From assembly GCF_009914755.1 (NCBI RefSeq), contig NC_060930.1: a stretch of 64,000 bases of DNA. One strand, written 5' to 3'. The stretch's first letter is position 1, and every line of letters starts with the position of its first letter. The notes below the pieces were generated by a model. That model was not told the origin of the DNA. It worked only from the letters and a program-made list of their open reading frames with translations, and made no database searches. Below are positions 40,714 to 55,681 of the stretch, one piece after another. The stretch is from the human T2T-CHM13v2.0 reference genome, Homo sapiens. The position numbers and the translations under genes are program-made.

Positions 40714-41305
40714 TGTACTAGACTGAATAGCATGCACCCACATTCCTTTGCCAAAAATTCTTGCCCACCTAGAATTTGTGAATATGACCCTATTTGGAAA
40801 TAAGCTCTTTGCAGATGTAATCAAGTTAAAATGATGTCATACCAAATTAAGGTGAGTCCTAAATCCAGTAGCTGATGTCCTTACAAGAAGGCCATGTGGA
40901 GACACAGATACACATAGGGAGAAGACGGGCACATAAAGACAGAGGCATTTTTTTCTTGGCCATCTGAGGAGCAAGGAGAAGACAGCCATCTGCGAACTAG
41001 GAAAAGGGCCCTCACCAGACACCAGATCTGCCAGCACTTTGATCTTGGACTTCCCAGCCTCCAGAAACTGTGAGAAGTAAATATTCACTGTTCAAGGCAC
41101 CCAGTCTATGGATTCTGTTATAGCATCCCTGCCTGGCAAAGACAGCTTGGAATAGATTCTACCTCACAGCCTTCAAAGGGAGTGTGGCCCTGCCAAAACC
41201 TTGATTTTTGACTTCCAGCCTCCAGAGCTTGAGAGAATAAATTTCTGTGTCCTAAGCCACCCTATCTGTGATGTTGTGCTATGGCAGCCCTAGGAAACCA
41301 ATACA
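40714..41305 (+). mobile_element. MLT1C-like LTR containing a second MaLR (MSTD/MLT1A-like) 3' segment at ~40955-41143
   Basis: Two successive ttgat...gacttcc(c)agcctccaga...taaat... LTR 3' modules. Confidence 0.75.
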
Positions 41306-41456
41306 ACTCTCAATCTCCATATTGTGAAATAAGTAAGTCAATTATACAAAGACTTAATACTAGCTTTTCTGTAAATGATGAAAGTAGGGAAGGCAAAGGC
41401 TACTCGTCACAATGAGGAGGTAAGTGTGTACCAAAGGTATGATTAGAAATTGGTCA

Positions 41457-42255
41457 ACATCATTAGTCATTAGAGAAATGCGAATCAAAACTGCAATGAG
41501 ATACCATCTCACACCAGTCAGAATGGCTGTTGTTAACAAGTCAGAAAATAACGGATGCTGACAAGATTGCAGAGAAAAGGGAATACTTACACACTGTTGG
41601 TGGGAGTGTAAATTAATTCAACCATTGTGGAAAGCAGTATGGCAATTCCTCAAAGAGCTAAAAGCAGAACTACCATTTGACCCAGCGATTCCATTACTGG
41701 GTATATTCCCAGAGGAATAGAAATCATTCTACCATAAAGACACATGCACACAAATGTTTATTGCAGCACTGTTCACAATAGTAAAGATATGGAGTCAACC
41801 TAAATGCCCATCAATGACAGATTGGACAAAGAAAATGTGGTACATATACACCATGGAATACTACGCAGCCATAAAAAAGAACAAGATCATGTCTTTTGCG
41901 GGAACATGGATGGAACTGGAGGTTATCATCCTTAGCAAACTAATGCAGGAACAGAAAACCAAATACAGCATATTCTCACTTATAAGTGGGAGCTAAATGA
42001 TTAAAACTAATGAACACAAAGAAGGAAACAACAGACTCTGGGACCTACTTGAGGGTGGAGGGTGGGAGAAGGGAGAGGAGCAGAAAAGATAACTATTGAG
42101 CACTGGGCTCAATACCTGGGGGATGAAATAATCTATACAGCAAACCCCCAAGGCACGTGTTTACCTATGTAACAAACCTTCACATGTACCCCCAAACCTA
42201 AAATAAAAGTTAAAAAATAATAAAATAAAACAGTGCTTGGCCCATTAAAAAAAAT
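41457..42255 (+). mobile_element. 5'-truncated older L1PA (L1PA13-16-like) 3' end
   Basis: ORF2 C-terminus (MFIAALFTIVKIWSQPKCPS...), 3'UTR and A tail; TSD aaattggtca at 41447-41456 and 42256-42265. Confidence 0.92.
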
Positions 42256-42973
42256 AAATTGGTCATTCTAGCATCACAAAGCAGGTAAAACTACAAAAGA
42301 ATGAAAGTTTCAGGTAAAGCACAAAGGCACAGAGATCACATTTTAAAGTGAGGTATGAGAATCTGACTCTGCAAAATTTGCCAAGGAGGTTGTCAAAAAC
42401 TGATTACATGGCTTTATGTTACATGGTGGATTTATTTGTAAATAAAAAGTACATTAATAAATGGGAACTAGAGATTAGAGGAGATGATTGTTCTGGACAG
42501 AAGTAGTCTGTGTGCTGGGTATTTTCCCCCACTCACCTTCCTTAGTCTAGTAGGGGCAAAGAGAGGGAGAGTGATTCCCTTGGATCAGACATGGACCACC
42601 TGAATATGGTGAACAGAACTCAACAGGGAGAAGCTAGAGGTGGTACCAGATTCCTGGAGGCTGAGGAAAGAGTAAATGATCAGCCACGTTCACATGTATT
42701 CATCCCTCCGTCGGAAAAAGCAGGTGACTCTACACTGAAATTCTAATTTTAATGAAAAAAATGCAAATGAAAGAGGTTCTACCCTGAGGTGTCTCCAAAG
42801 AACTCATACAACACCAACAAGAGAGACAACTTGAATACCTGTCAAAGTAAGAGAACTCTGATGCTATAGACGAGTACCAGGCAGGTAAGAACTGTCCTAC
42901 TTCCCTTTCCTCATCTTCCTCCTGGTACTCCAACTCTGGAGAAGTGTGAGAGCACATTTAGAAAGATGAAGAA

Positions 42974-43257
42974 GGACAGGTGCGGTGGCTTATGCCTGTA
43001 ACCTCAGCACTTTGGGAGGCCAAGGTGGGAAGATGGCTTCAGGCCAGGAGTTTGAGACCTGCCTGGGCTACATAGCAAGCCCTTGTCTCTAAAAAAATTT
43101 AAAAATTAGTTGGGCATAGTGGTGCATGCCTTTAGTCATAGCTACTTGGGTGGCTGAGGCAGGAGAAACCGCTTGAATCCGGGAAGTGGAAGTAGCAGTG
43201 AGCCGAGATCTCACCACTGCGCTCCAGCTTGGGCAACAGAGCAAGACCTTGTCTCAC

Positions 43258-43288
<31 letters not shown>

Positions 43289-43290
43289 GA
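42974..43290 (+). mobile_element. Alu (J-like left arm) with (GAAAA)n tail
   Basis: Full dimer. Confidence 0.92.
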
Positions 43291-43796
43291 TAAACACAGT
43301 GAGCTGTGGAGAGACTTAGAAAAGGCACCTGATCCATCTGTAAAAGCTCATGGAGGGCTTGTTAAGGGAGATGACAGCAAAGTTGAGTCCTGAAAGTGAG
43401 GAAAATTTAGGAAGTATGTGTTCAGCAAACCCTAAGTACTGTTCTATGGAAGCATCACTGAGTGCAAGGGGGAGGGAAAAGAGATTGAGCTACAGACAAG
43501 CAGGAGCCCAAACATGAAGGGATTTCCATGCTATATTAAGGCATGTAGACTTAATCCAGTCAGTCAGAATATATATTATTCAATTGACTTAAAGTCAATG
43601 AGAAACTACTGAAGCATCTTTTACAAGGGAATGATAAGGCCTAGTATCTTAGGTGTATCAGTCTAGTTGCAGTATGGAAAATGGCTTTGAGAGGTATAAT
43701 ATAGGCAAGAAGCCCAGTAGGGAAAGTATTAAAGTAATCCAGGTAAGAAAAAATGGAAGAAGAGATGGAAAAGGCAGAATAATTTTACAGCAATGC

Positions 43797-44182
43797 ATTA
43801 TAGATTGAATTGTTTCCCCACCCCCAAATTCATATGTTGAAGGCCTAAGCCCCAGTGTATTTGGAATGGGGCCTTTGGAGATAATTAGATTTTAATGAGG
43901 TCGTGAGTGTTAGACATTCATGATGGAATTAGTGCCCTCTTAAGAAGAGACACCAGAGTGCTCTCTTTCTCTTTCTCATTCTGTTTCCCCTCCTGCCATG
44001 TGAGAACACAGCAAGAAGGTGGCCCTCTACAAGCCAGGAAGAGAGCCCTCCCCAGGAAGTAAATTGGCTTGCACCTTCCTCTTGGACTCCCAGCCACCAC
44101 AATGATGAGAAAATAAATGTCTGTTGTTTAAGCCACCCAGTCTGTGGTATTTTGTTGTGGCAGCCCAAGCTGATTGAGACAC
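43797..44182 (+). mobile_element. MLT1A/MST-like MaLR solo LTR
   Basis: Motifs caaattcatatgttgaag, atgatggaattagtgcccto-like ttagtgccctcttaagaagaga and tttaagccacccagtctgtggtattttgtt. Confidence 0.85.
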
Positions 44183-44861
44183 AATGGAAGTGGAATGAAA
44201 GATATGATAATTTATTCAATACAGGAAATAGATGAGTGAGGAGTCAAGGGTTGGATGAGTGTTGAGGTTTAGTGTGCAAAAAGAAAAGTAGACCTAAAAT
44301 AAGGAACACTGTTAAAGAAGGGGGACCTGATAGAGACCAAAGAAAGCAGCCAGAGAGGTTTAGGGAAAGCAGAAAAGGCTAGTGGGTGGGAATGTTTTCA
44401 AAAAGAAGATAATGTTCAATTTGTGCAAATTCTATACAGATGTCAAGTGAGATCAAGTTGAAAGGTATCTGCTGGCTTTGGTGATAAATGTCTCTGGAGA
44501 TCCTGGCAAGAATAGTTTAAATGTTGTGAGGGCAGAAAGGAAACTGCAGTTGTTAAAAAGGGAACGAGATGTCATGAAGTACAGACAGCAAGTATAGAAG
44601 GCACATTTGAGAATCCTGGCTGTAAAGTAAGGAAAAGGTGGAGAGGTGATGAGAAGGGAGGCAAGTGGGATTTTTTGTGGGGAGCTATGATGGGAGACAA
44701 GATTTTTGGGAGGAATGGTGTTGAAGAAGAATTAGAAGAGAGACAATTGAGAAGTCAGGTTCCTAAGTGTACAGGCTGTGATGGGCTACATAGCTCAGGT
44801 GCACTGACTGCCTTTAGAAGGAGGGGCTTCATCCTTCATCATGAGAGGAAAGTAAGGATGC

Positions 44862-47305
44862 TGTATTGGTCTATTCTCATGTTTTTATAAAGAAACCCCT
44901 CAAACTGGGTAATTTATAAAGAAAAGAGTTTTAATTGGCTCACAGTTCCACAGGCTGTACAGGAAGCATGAATGCTGGTATCTTCTCAGCTTCTGGGGAG
45001 GCCTCAGGAAACTTACAATCATGGTAGAAGGCAAAGGGGGAGCAGCACTTCACATGGACAGAGAAGGAGCAAAAGAGAGACAGTAAGGATGTGCCACACA
45101 TTTTTAAACAACCAGATCTTGTGAGAATTCACTCATTATCATGAGAACAGCACTGAAGGGATGGTGCTAAACCATTCATGAGAAAAATCCCAATGATCCA
45201 ATCACTTCCCACCAGGCCCCACTTTCCATATTGGGGATTAAAATTAAACATGAGATTTGGGTGGGGACACAGATCAAAACCATATCATTCCATCCTGGCC
45301 CCTCCCAAATCTCATGATCTTCTCATATTGCAAAATACAATCATGACTTCCCAATAGTCCTCCAAAGTCTTAACTCATTCCAGCATTAACTCAAAAGTCC
45401 AAGTTGAAAGTCTGATCTGAGACAAGGGAAGTCTCTTCCACAGATGAGCCTGTAAAATTAAAACTAAGTTATTTACTTCCAAAATACAATGGGGGTAAAT
45501 ATTTGGTAAATATTCTCATTCCAAAAGAGAGAAATTGATCCAAAAAAGTGGCTACAGGCCTGATGCAAGTCCAAAACCCAGCAGGACAGTCATTAAATCT
45601 TAAAGCTCCAAAAAAATCTTATTTGAGTTTATGTCCTCACACATGGTGTGAGGGGTGGGCTTCCAAGGCCTTGGGCAGGTCCACCTCTGTGGCTTTGTAG
45701 AATTCAGCCTCTGGGGCTGAATCATTGAGTGCCTGTGACTTTTCCAGGTGAAGGGTGCAAGCTGTGAATGGTAGATCTACCATTCTGGGGTCTAGAATGG
45801 TGGTTCTCTTCTCACTGCTCCACTAAGCAGTGCCCCAGTGAGAACTCTGTGTGGGGGCTCCAACCTTGCATTTCCCCTCCATGCTGTCCTAGTAGAGGTT
45901 CTCCATGAGGGCTCTGCTCCCACAGCAGGCTTCTGCCTGGAAATCCAGGCTTTTCCATACATCCTCTGAATCTTAGGTGGAAGCTCTCAAGCCTCAACTC
46001 TTGCATTCTGTGCACTGGAAGGCCTAACACCATGTAGAAGCCACCAAGTCTTACAGCTTGTACTCTCTGAAGCAGCAACCTAAACTGTACCTGGGACCCT
46101 TTGAGCCAAGGCTGAAGCTGGAGTGGCTGGGATGCAGGGACCAGTGTCCTAAGGCTGTGCAGGGAATCAGGGCCCTGGGCTTGGCCCATGAAACCATTCT
46201 TCCCTCCTAGGCCTCAGGGCCTGTGATGGGAGGGGCTGCCAAAAAGGTCTCTGAAATCCCTTCAAGGCCTTTTCCCCATTGTTTTGGTTATTAGCACATG
46301 GCTCCTTTTTACTTATGCAAATTTCTGCAGCCTGCTTGAATTCCTCCCCTGAAAACGGGCTTTTCTTTTCTACCACATGGGAAGTTGCAAATTTTTCCAA
46401 ACTTTCACTTTCTGCTTCCCTTTTAAATATAAGTTCCAACTTTATGTCATTTCTTTGCTCACACACATAAGTAGGTTGTTAGAAGTGGCCAGGTCACATG
46501 TTGAAGGCTTTGCTGCTTTAGAATTTCTTTCTGCCAGATACGCTAACTCATCACTCTCAAGTTCAAAGATCCACAGATCCCTAGGGCAGGGACACAATTC
46601 AGCCAAGTTCTTTGCTAAGTCCTAACAAAAGTGACCAGTTGCCAATAAATTCCTCATTTCCATTTGAGACCTCATCAGCCTGGCCTTCACTGTCCATATC
46701 ACTATCAGCATTTTGGTCACAACCATTCAACCAGTCTCTAGGAAGTTCCAAATTTTCCCTCATCTTCCTGTCTTCTTCTGAGCCCTCCACACTCTTCCAA
46801 CCTCTGTCTGTTAGCCAATTCCAAAGCTGCTTTCACATTTTCAGGTATCTTTATAGCAATGCCTCACTCCTCAGTATTAATTTTCTATATGAGCCCATTC
46901 TTGCATTGCTACAAAGAAATACCCAAGACTTGGTAATTTATAAAGAAAAGAGGTTTAATTGGCTCATGGATCTGCAGGATGTACAGAAAGCATGATGCCG
47001 GCATCTGCTTGGCTGCTGGGAAGGCCTCAGGAAACTTACAATCATGGCAGAAGACAAAGGGGGAGCAGCACTTCACATGGCCAGGGAAGGAGCAAGGCAG
47101 GGAGGGAGGTGCCACCCACTTTAAACAACCAGATCTCATAGGAACTCACTCACCATCATGAATATAGCACCAAGAGGGCAGAGCTAAACCATTCATGAGA
47201 AACCACACCTATGACCCAATCACCTCCCACCAGGCCCCACTTCCAATGTTGGGGATTACAATTGAACATGAGATTTGGGTGAGGACACATATTCAAAGCA
47301 TATCA
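44862..47305 (-). mobile_element. Complete MSTA MaLR element: LTR 44862-45287, internal region 45288-46885, LTR 46886-47305
   Basis: Two ~420-bp direct repeats whose reverse complements begin TGATATG...TGTGTCC, around a ~1.6-kb MST/THE1-type internal region. Confidence 0.92.
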
Positions 47306-48073
47306 GATTGGTGCAGATGTATGTAGGTGTGGAGATAATTCTACCCAATGGATTCCATTTTCTCCATGAGATAGCAGGCAAGAGTGAGGTAGGTAGGGAG
47401 ATGTTAGAATAGGGGATGGAAGGAGGTGGCTTGAGTAACTGCTATGAGGTGTGGGAGAGAGAGAGAGCTGACCATAAACACAGTAGAAATGGCCATCAGT
47501 GTGGAAGCAAGTTGAATTTGTACCCCAAGGAATTTCAATGCTTCGATTCCCTTGTCTGTACAATTTTCTCTTTCCTACTCAAGTGAATATGAAAAGAAGG
47601 CAGATAATTAGATTGTTACAAAGTTTGAATTTTGCTATGATTGAGAAAGAAGAACAAGGTGAAAAAAGTTGAAGACTGTGGCAAAGAGAGTTGTCCAAAT
47701 GAAAGTCCATGAGGTCTAATTAGATAGGGATGGAAGTGAATATGGGCAAAGGCTCACAGATAATAAAGCAGTAAAGTCAAGACACTGGACATCTTCATAA
47801 GGCAGAAAAACAAGTATATTGAGTATAAAACAGGCAGAGAGCTAGAAGCAAAAAGATGAAGAATTGAGTGATGTTTGAATTTAAGATTTTTAAGGTACTA
47901 CAGTTCTGGGTGGGCTTTGATCATGGGTGGCTAAAATGGAGTGAAAGTAAAGTTGAAAGTATAGTTGAGGAGGTCAAATAATTTAAGTTAGGTGCTCAGA
48001 GTGTTTCTACTTCCAGTAAGATGGAGTAGACATAATTTTCCCTAGTCCTCTTCCAAAGTACAACTAAAAAACC

Positions 48074-48166
48074 ATATATATATCATACATATATATACAC
48101 CATATATATCTATATATACATCATATCTATATCTATCTATCTATATCTATATCTATATCTATATAT
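48074..48166. repeat. TA/TCTA-rich microsatellite expanded inside the L1 5'UTR
   Basis: Read directly from the sequence. Confidence 0.9.
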
Positions 48167-48944
48167 AAAAGACTGAAATGAGAAAACAGAAAGCTGACCA
48201 GATAGGCATCTTGAGACTGGAGAAATGAAATGGTAGTGAATTCCCTGGATTTTCTTTTTGTCTCACATATGGCAGACTTGGAGTGGAAGAAGCCAGTCAA
48301 AACAGTAATGGGCATAGACAAAAAACAAAACAAAACAAAACAAAAGCACCCATAAAATCTGCTCTCTTTAGCCAAAGGACCAGGAAAGAGACAGTTTAGC
48401 AAGACAGAAGACTTTTACACCATAACCAGTTGACTACAGGCAAACACCACAAAATAACTGTGGTCCACCATGACCAGCAAAGGCCATGTGGAGAGCCTGT
48501 ATTTCCACACTTACCAGGCTATAATGAAGCATTCCACCTTTTTGCTAGGGTAGTGTCAGAGAAGACAGTTGAGTCCTGGGACTTTCGCCCTTGTGGGTGG
48601 TAACTAGTCCTCCTGTGCTCTCCATCCCCCAGGATATGGGTTGAGACTACATAGGGAGTATGGACTGAGATTTCGTGGCTGCAGTGACAAGGCCTCCCTC
48701 CCTCTCCCCATTGGGATGGTGTGAGAGGAAGTCTAGGAGTACTTAAGAGTATCCCCACTGGATTGTCAAAGGAGGCCAAGTGGAGAACTTGAACTTCAAC
48801 CCTCCCCTGGCAGTCATGAGGCAGCACTCCAAACCCCATGTTCTGTAGAAGCAGTGTCATAGGAAGCCAGCTAAAACAGAAGGTTGACTATATAACACAC
48901 TTATTGTTAACTATAGTCAACCTTATATTTAAGTATTTGTAGCA

Positions 48945-49174
48945 AAATATCACTGTATTATATGTGATATACTTTTATACAACTGGCATCACAATAGGTT
49001 TGTGTGCACCAGCATTGCCACCAACATGTGAGTAATGCTTTGTGCTACAATGTTATGACAGCTACAACATTACTAGGTGATAGGAATTTTTCAGCTCCAT
49101 TATAATCTTATGGGACCACTGTTGAATATGCAGTCCATCATTGACAAAAACATTGTATATATAGCACATGGCTG
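48945..49174. mobile_element. Tigger-family relic (MER47/Tigger3-like)
   Basis: Terminal ggaatttttcagctccattataatcttatgggaccac...cacatggctg|ta. Confidence 0.8.
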
Positions 49175-49267
49175 TATGTACAATTTTTCTTTATCAATTA
49201 TATCTCAATAAAGCTGGGAAAAACTTTAAAATACATTTAAGAAACAAAGTTAAAGTAATAAATAAGG

Positions 49268-49575
49268 AGTCAGAAATAAAGGTGTCAGCAGAGCCATGCT
49301 CCCTGTGAAGTCTCTAGGGAAGAATCCTTCCATGTCTTTTCCTAGCTTCTGGTGGCTTTTTGATCCTTGGCATTCCTTGGCCTGTAGCTGCATCACTCCA
49401 ATCTCTGCTTCCATCATTACATGCCTTTCTTCCCCCGTGTGTATCTGTGTGTCTTCTTCTTATAAGGACATTAGTCATTGGATTTAGAGAGCCTACTAAT
49501 ATAAATGTAACTAATTATACCTGCAAAGACCCTATTTCCAAATAAGGTCACATTTTAAGGTTCCAGGTGAATATA
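49268..49575 (-). mobile_element. MLT1 LTR fragment
   Basis: Motifs aaggtgtcagcagagccatgctccct and tgcaaagaccctatttccaaataaggtcacatt. Confidence 0.8.
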
Positions 49576-51109
49576 AACCTCAAAGTTAATGAAATAAGAC
49601 AATCAAGAGATGGCAACAGGTATAAGACAGATATGTTAGAATTATTTGACAAAGATTTTAAAGCATTGTAAAAATGCTCCAATGAGCAATTATAAAAACA
49701 CTTAAAAATGAAAAAATAGAAAATCTCAGCAAAGAAAAAGAATATATAGGAAGAATCAAACAAAATTTCCAGAACAGGAGGATACAACAATTGAAATAAA
49801 AAGCTCAGTGGATGAGCTGAACAGGAAAGTAGAAAGTACAGGAGGAAAGAATCAGTAAATGGAAGATGACTAGAAATTACCGATCTAAACAACAGAAAGA
49901 AAATACACTGAAAATAATGAACAGAGCCTTAGGCACCTGTGGGACAATAACAAAAGGTCTAACATTCATATCATCAGAATGTTTTGGTAGGGAGAAGAGA
50001 GGAGAAAGGAGACAGGGCTGAAAAAAGTACTCAGAAATAATGGCTGAAAAGTTCCCAAATTTGGGGAAAGACACAAACCTATAGATTCAGAAAGGTGAGA
50101 AAATCCCAAGCATAAAACCCCTCTGCAAAGCACATGACAGGCAAGTTTCTGAAAACTGAAGACAAAGAAAAAAGTCTTGAAAGCAGCAAAGAGAAATGAC
50201 ACCTTACCTTTAGGGAAAAACCAATTTCAATTACAGTGGATTTCTCATCAGAAACTATGTAGCACAACATTTTTTAAGTGCTGAAAGAAAAAAAAATTAT
50301 CAACTTAGAATTCTATAACTAGGAGAAATATCATTCAGGCATAAAAGCAAAATCGAGACATTCTCAGATGAAAGAAGACTAAGAGAATCTGTTACCAGCA
50401 GACCTACCAAAAAGAATGGCTAAAGGAAGCCTTTTAAACATCAGAAGGAAGAAACAACCTGGTAAGCAAAAATATGGGTAAATATAATAGACTTTCTTTC
50501 TCCTCTTGAGTTTTCTAAATTATGTTTTACCATAGAAGCAAAAATGATAACATTGTCTGATATGGTTCTAAATATATGTACAGGAAATAACTAAAGATAA
50601 TTTTTTAAAGAGCTGGGTAAAGAGACATAAAGGGAGATTTACAGTTCACTTAAACTGGTAAAACAATTGCATCAGTAGACTGTGATAAGTTATGTAAACA
50701 TAGTGTAATACTTAGAACAACCACTAAAAAGGCTATACAAAGAGATAGTCTCAAAAACACTATAAATAAATAGTTTATTTTTCAGAATTCTGAAACAATG
50801 TTAAGTAACCGACAGGAAGGAAGAAAACAGGACATAATGCAGAGAGAACACGTAGACAAAAAAAGACTTAAGCCCTAAAATATTAATAATACATTAAATG
50901 TAAATGGTCAAAATAGACGTTGACAGGCTGGATTAAAAAACATGATCCAACTATATGCTGTCTATAAAAAACTCACTTCAAATATAACTATACAGGCAGG
51001 TTGAAACTAAAAGGATGGAAAAAGATATATCATAGGAACATTAATCAAAAGAAATGAGAAATGGCTATATTAACATCAGACAATATGGACTTCAGAATAA
51101 AGAAAATTA

Positions 51110-51590
<481 letters not shown>

Positions 51591-53275
51591 TTAGGCAGAA
51601 AATCAGCAAGGATATAGAAGAATCCAACAAACCCATCAATCCATAAAATCAAATTGGTATTTATACAAGAGCAGAATACATTATTTAAGTGTCCTTAGAA
51701 CATGTGCCAACAGCAACATATCCCGGGCCATGAAATGAACCTCAACAATTTTAAAGAGTCGAAATCATACAGAGTTCTTGAACTACAATGGGATCAAACT
51801 AAAAACCAGTAAACAGAAAGAAAATCGAAAAATCTCCAAACACTCAGAAACTAAACACTGCAGTTCTAAATAACTCAATGGTCAAACAAAATCTCAAAAG
51901 AAATTGACGCATTGAACTGAATGAAGATAAAACATAGCAAAATTGTAGGATGATGCTAAAGCAATGCTGACAGGGACATTTATAGCACCAAATGCACATT
52001 AGAAAAAGGGAGAAGAACAACATCAACGATCTAACATTTCACCTCAAGCATGTAGAAAAGGAAGAGCAAAGCAAATTCAAAGCAAACAGAAGGAAGGAAA
52101 TAATGAAAATAAAAAGACAAATCAATGAAATAGAAAACAGGAAAACAAGAGGGAAAATCAATAATACAAAGAGCTGCCTTCAAAAACATCAATACGTTCT
52201 TCTAATAATCTTGACAAAGAAAAAGGAGAGAAGATACAAATGACCAATACCAGGAATGAAAGAAGATAACACTACAGACCCTAAAGACACTAAAAGATAA
52301 TAAGGGAACACTATACAAAACCTTAAGCATGTACAGCTGACAGTGCAGATAAAATAGATCGATTCTTCAAAAATAAGAAGCTGCCACGCCTGACCCAATA
52401 CAAAATAAATAATTGGAATGGCCCTATCATCATTAAGAAAATTGAATTTGTAAGTTAATAATTCCCCCCAAAGAAGTCTCCTGGCTTAAATGATTTTACC
52501 GGAAAATTCTACCAAACGTTTGGACAATAAGTACCAATTTTGCAATCTCTTACAGAAAATAAAAGAGGAGAAATCACTTCTCAATTCATTTTATGAAGCT
52601 AGTATTATCCTTATACCAATGCATACAAAGGCAGTATCAAATAAAAAAACTTCAGATCAAGAGTCTCATAAATATAGGGTGCAAAAATCTTTAACAAAAT
52701 ATTACAAACAGAATTCAGCAAATATACAAAGAAGTATACACCATGACTAAGTGGGGTTTAGGCCAAGGATGCAAGGGGTTCAATATTTGAAAATCTATCA
52801 TTATAATCCATCATATTAACAGGCATAGAACCCAGAAACAGACCCACACAAATATGCTCGGTTAGTTTTTACAATGGTGCAAAAGTGATTCAATGGAGAG
52901 AAGATAGCTTTTTCCACAATTAGTGCTAGGGAACTGGACATTTATCAACAAAAATATTGAACCTCAACCTTATACAATAATGAACTTACAATGTGTCACA
53001 GAATTAAATATAAAACAAAAAGCTAAACACCTTATAGGAAAAAAAATAGGAGCCTCTCTCTGGAATCTAGGGCCAGGTAAACAACTCCTAGACTTGACAC
53101 TGAAAGTACAATTCATAAAAGGAAAAATTGGTGAACTAGACTTCATCAAAATTAAAAATTTTTTCTCTGTGAGAGACACGGGATGAAAAGAATGAAAAGA
53201 CAAGCTACAAACTGCAAGAAAATATTTGCAAACCACATATACAACAAAGGCAACAATCCAATTAGAAAATGAACA

Positions 53276-53589
<314 letters not shown>

Positions 53590-55128
53590 TCACCAACCAG
53601 GATATATAGATGGCAAATAACCACATGAACACATGTTCAACATCATTTGCCATTAGGAAAATGCGAATTATAAAATCACAAGATAACTCTTTACACCTAT
53701 TAGAATGACTCAAATAAAAACAACGACAACACCAAATGCTAGGGAGGATGTAGACAAATTGGATCACTTGTACATTGCTGGTGAGAATATAACCCCAAAT
53801 GGTACAGCCACTCTAGAAAAGTTTGCAGTTGCTTAAAAAACTAAATATGCAACTACTTTATGACCCAGATGTTACATTCTCGAGCATTCATCCTGGAGAA
53901 ATGTAGATTTATGTTCAGACAAAAACTTGCACACAAATGTTTATAATAGTAACTTTATTTGCAATAGCCCCAAACTGCAAACAAATCTGCATGTCCTTCA
54001 GCAGGTGAATGATTAAACAAACTGGTATATCCATACCATGGAATACTATTCAACAGTAAAAAGGACAAACTATTGACATAGGCAACATCCTGGATGAGTG
54101 TCCAAAGAATTATGCTGAATTTAAAAAGCCAATCCCAAAGGGTTACATACAATGATTCCATTTATAAACCATATTCAAAAATGACAAAATCATAGAAATG
54201 AGAACTGATTAGTGGTTGTAGGGACAGGGAGGGGGCTGAGGCTGGAGAGAAGCTGGTGTGACTTTGAAAAAGCCAACATGAAGAATTTTTGTGGTGATGG
54301 AAATATTCTGTGTCATGATTATGTCAATGTTAATATCCTGGTTGGTAGTTAGCATACTATTATTTCATAAGACGTTATCATTGAGAGAACTGAGTAAAGA
54401 GTACATGGGATCTGTCTGTATTATTTCTTACAACTGCATGTGAATCTGTAATTGTCTCAAAATTAAAAGTTTAACTTTTTGAAAAAGGGGTTAGGTGCTA
54501 GATCAATCACCCCAACAAACACTGAATCGCCAGGAGGATGGCAAGACTTGGGGTGGAGCCAGCAGCACTTCTGCCACCTTCTCTCACCCTCTGCAAGCTA
54601 TCACTGCTTTCTAAAGTGGTGGGCCACTGAGTGCATGGCTGGAGTTCTCTTAAAGACCTGCAGTCACCATGGCACTCTACCCCAAGGAGATAGGCTCCTG
54701 GTCTCCAGGACTTTTGTGTTCTCCACATTATCTGGATGTCCCTAAAGCCTCAGTGGCCTAGGTTTGGGACAAAGGGGCATGATGACTAGAGATTTCAAGA
54801 CCCAGGACAAATGGCCAAGGTCACATGCTCCAAGAGTGGGTAGCAGCACGTCATCCCTCAAAGGCCAGACTGAACAAGCTGCATCTTCGTGGTCATCAGT
54901 GTGCAGAGAAGCCCAGTTCTCCCATGCTCCAAAAGAGCTCAATCAATGGTGCAGAGGGCCCTTCTCTCTTCTGTCATGAAAATATGGTATGCCTTCCACA
55001 TGACAGAGTGTTTACCTGTAGAGACTGTCAGTCCACACTGATAGGGAATTAAAATTGTAATTTGCAATGTTTAAACTGCAAGCAACTTAATTGAAAGAGA
55101 CTGAGATATTGTTATCTGAAAAGTCTAG

Positions 55129-55681
<553 letters not shown>

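Larger units (their letters stand above)
43300..47986 (-). mobile_element. Long degraded L2, split by MLT1, MSTA and L1MD insertions
   Basis: Purine-rich antisense-L2-like segments at ~43300-43790, 44185-44860 and 47306-47986. Confidence 0.5.
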
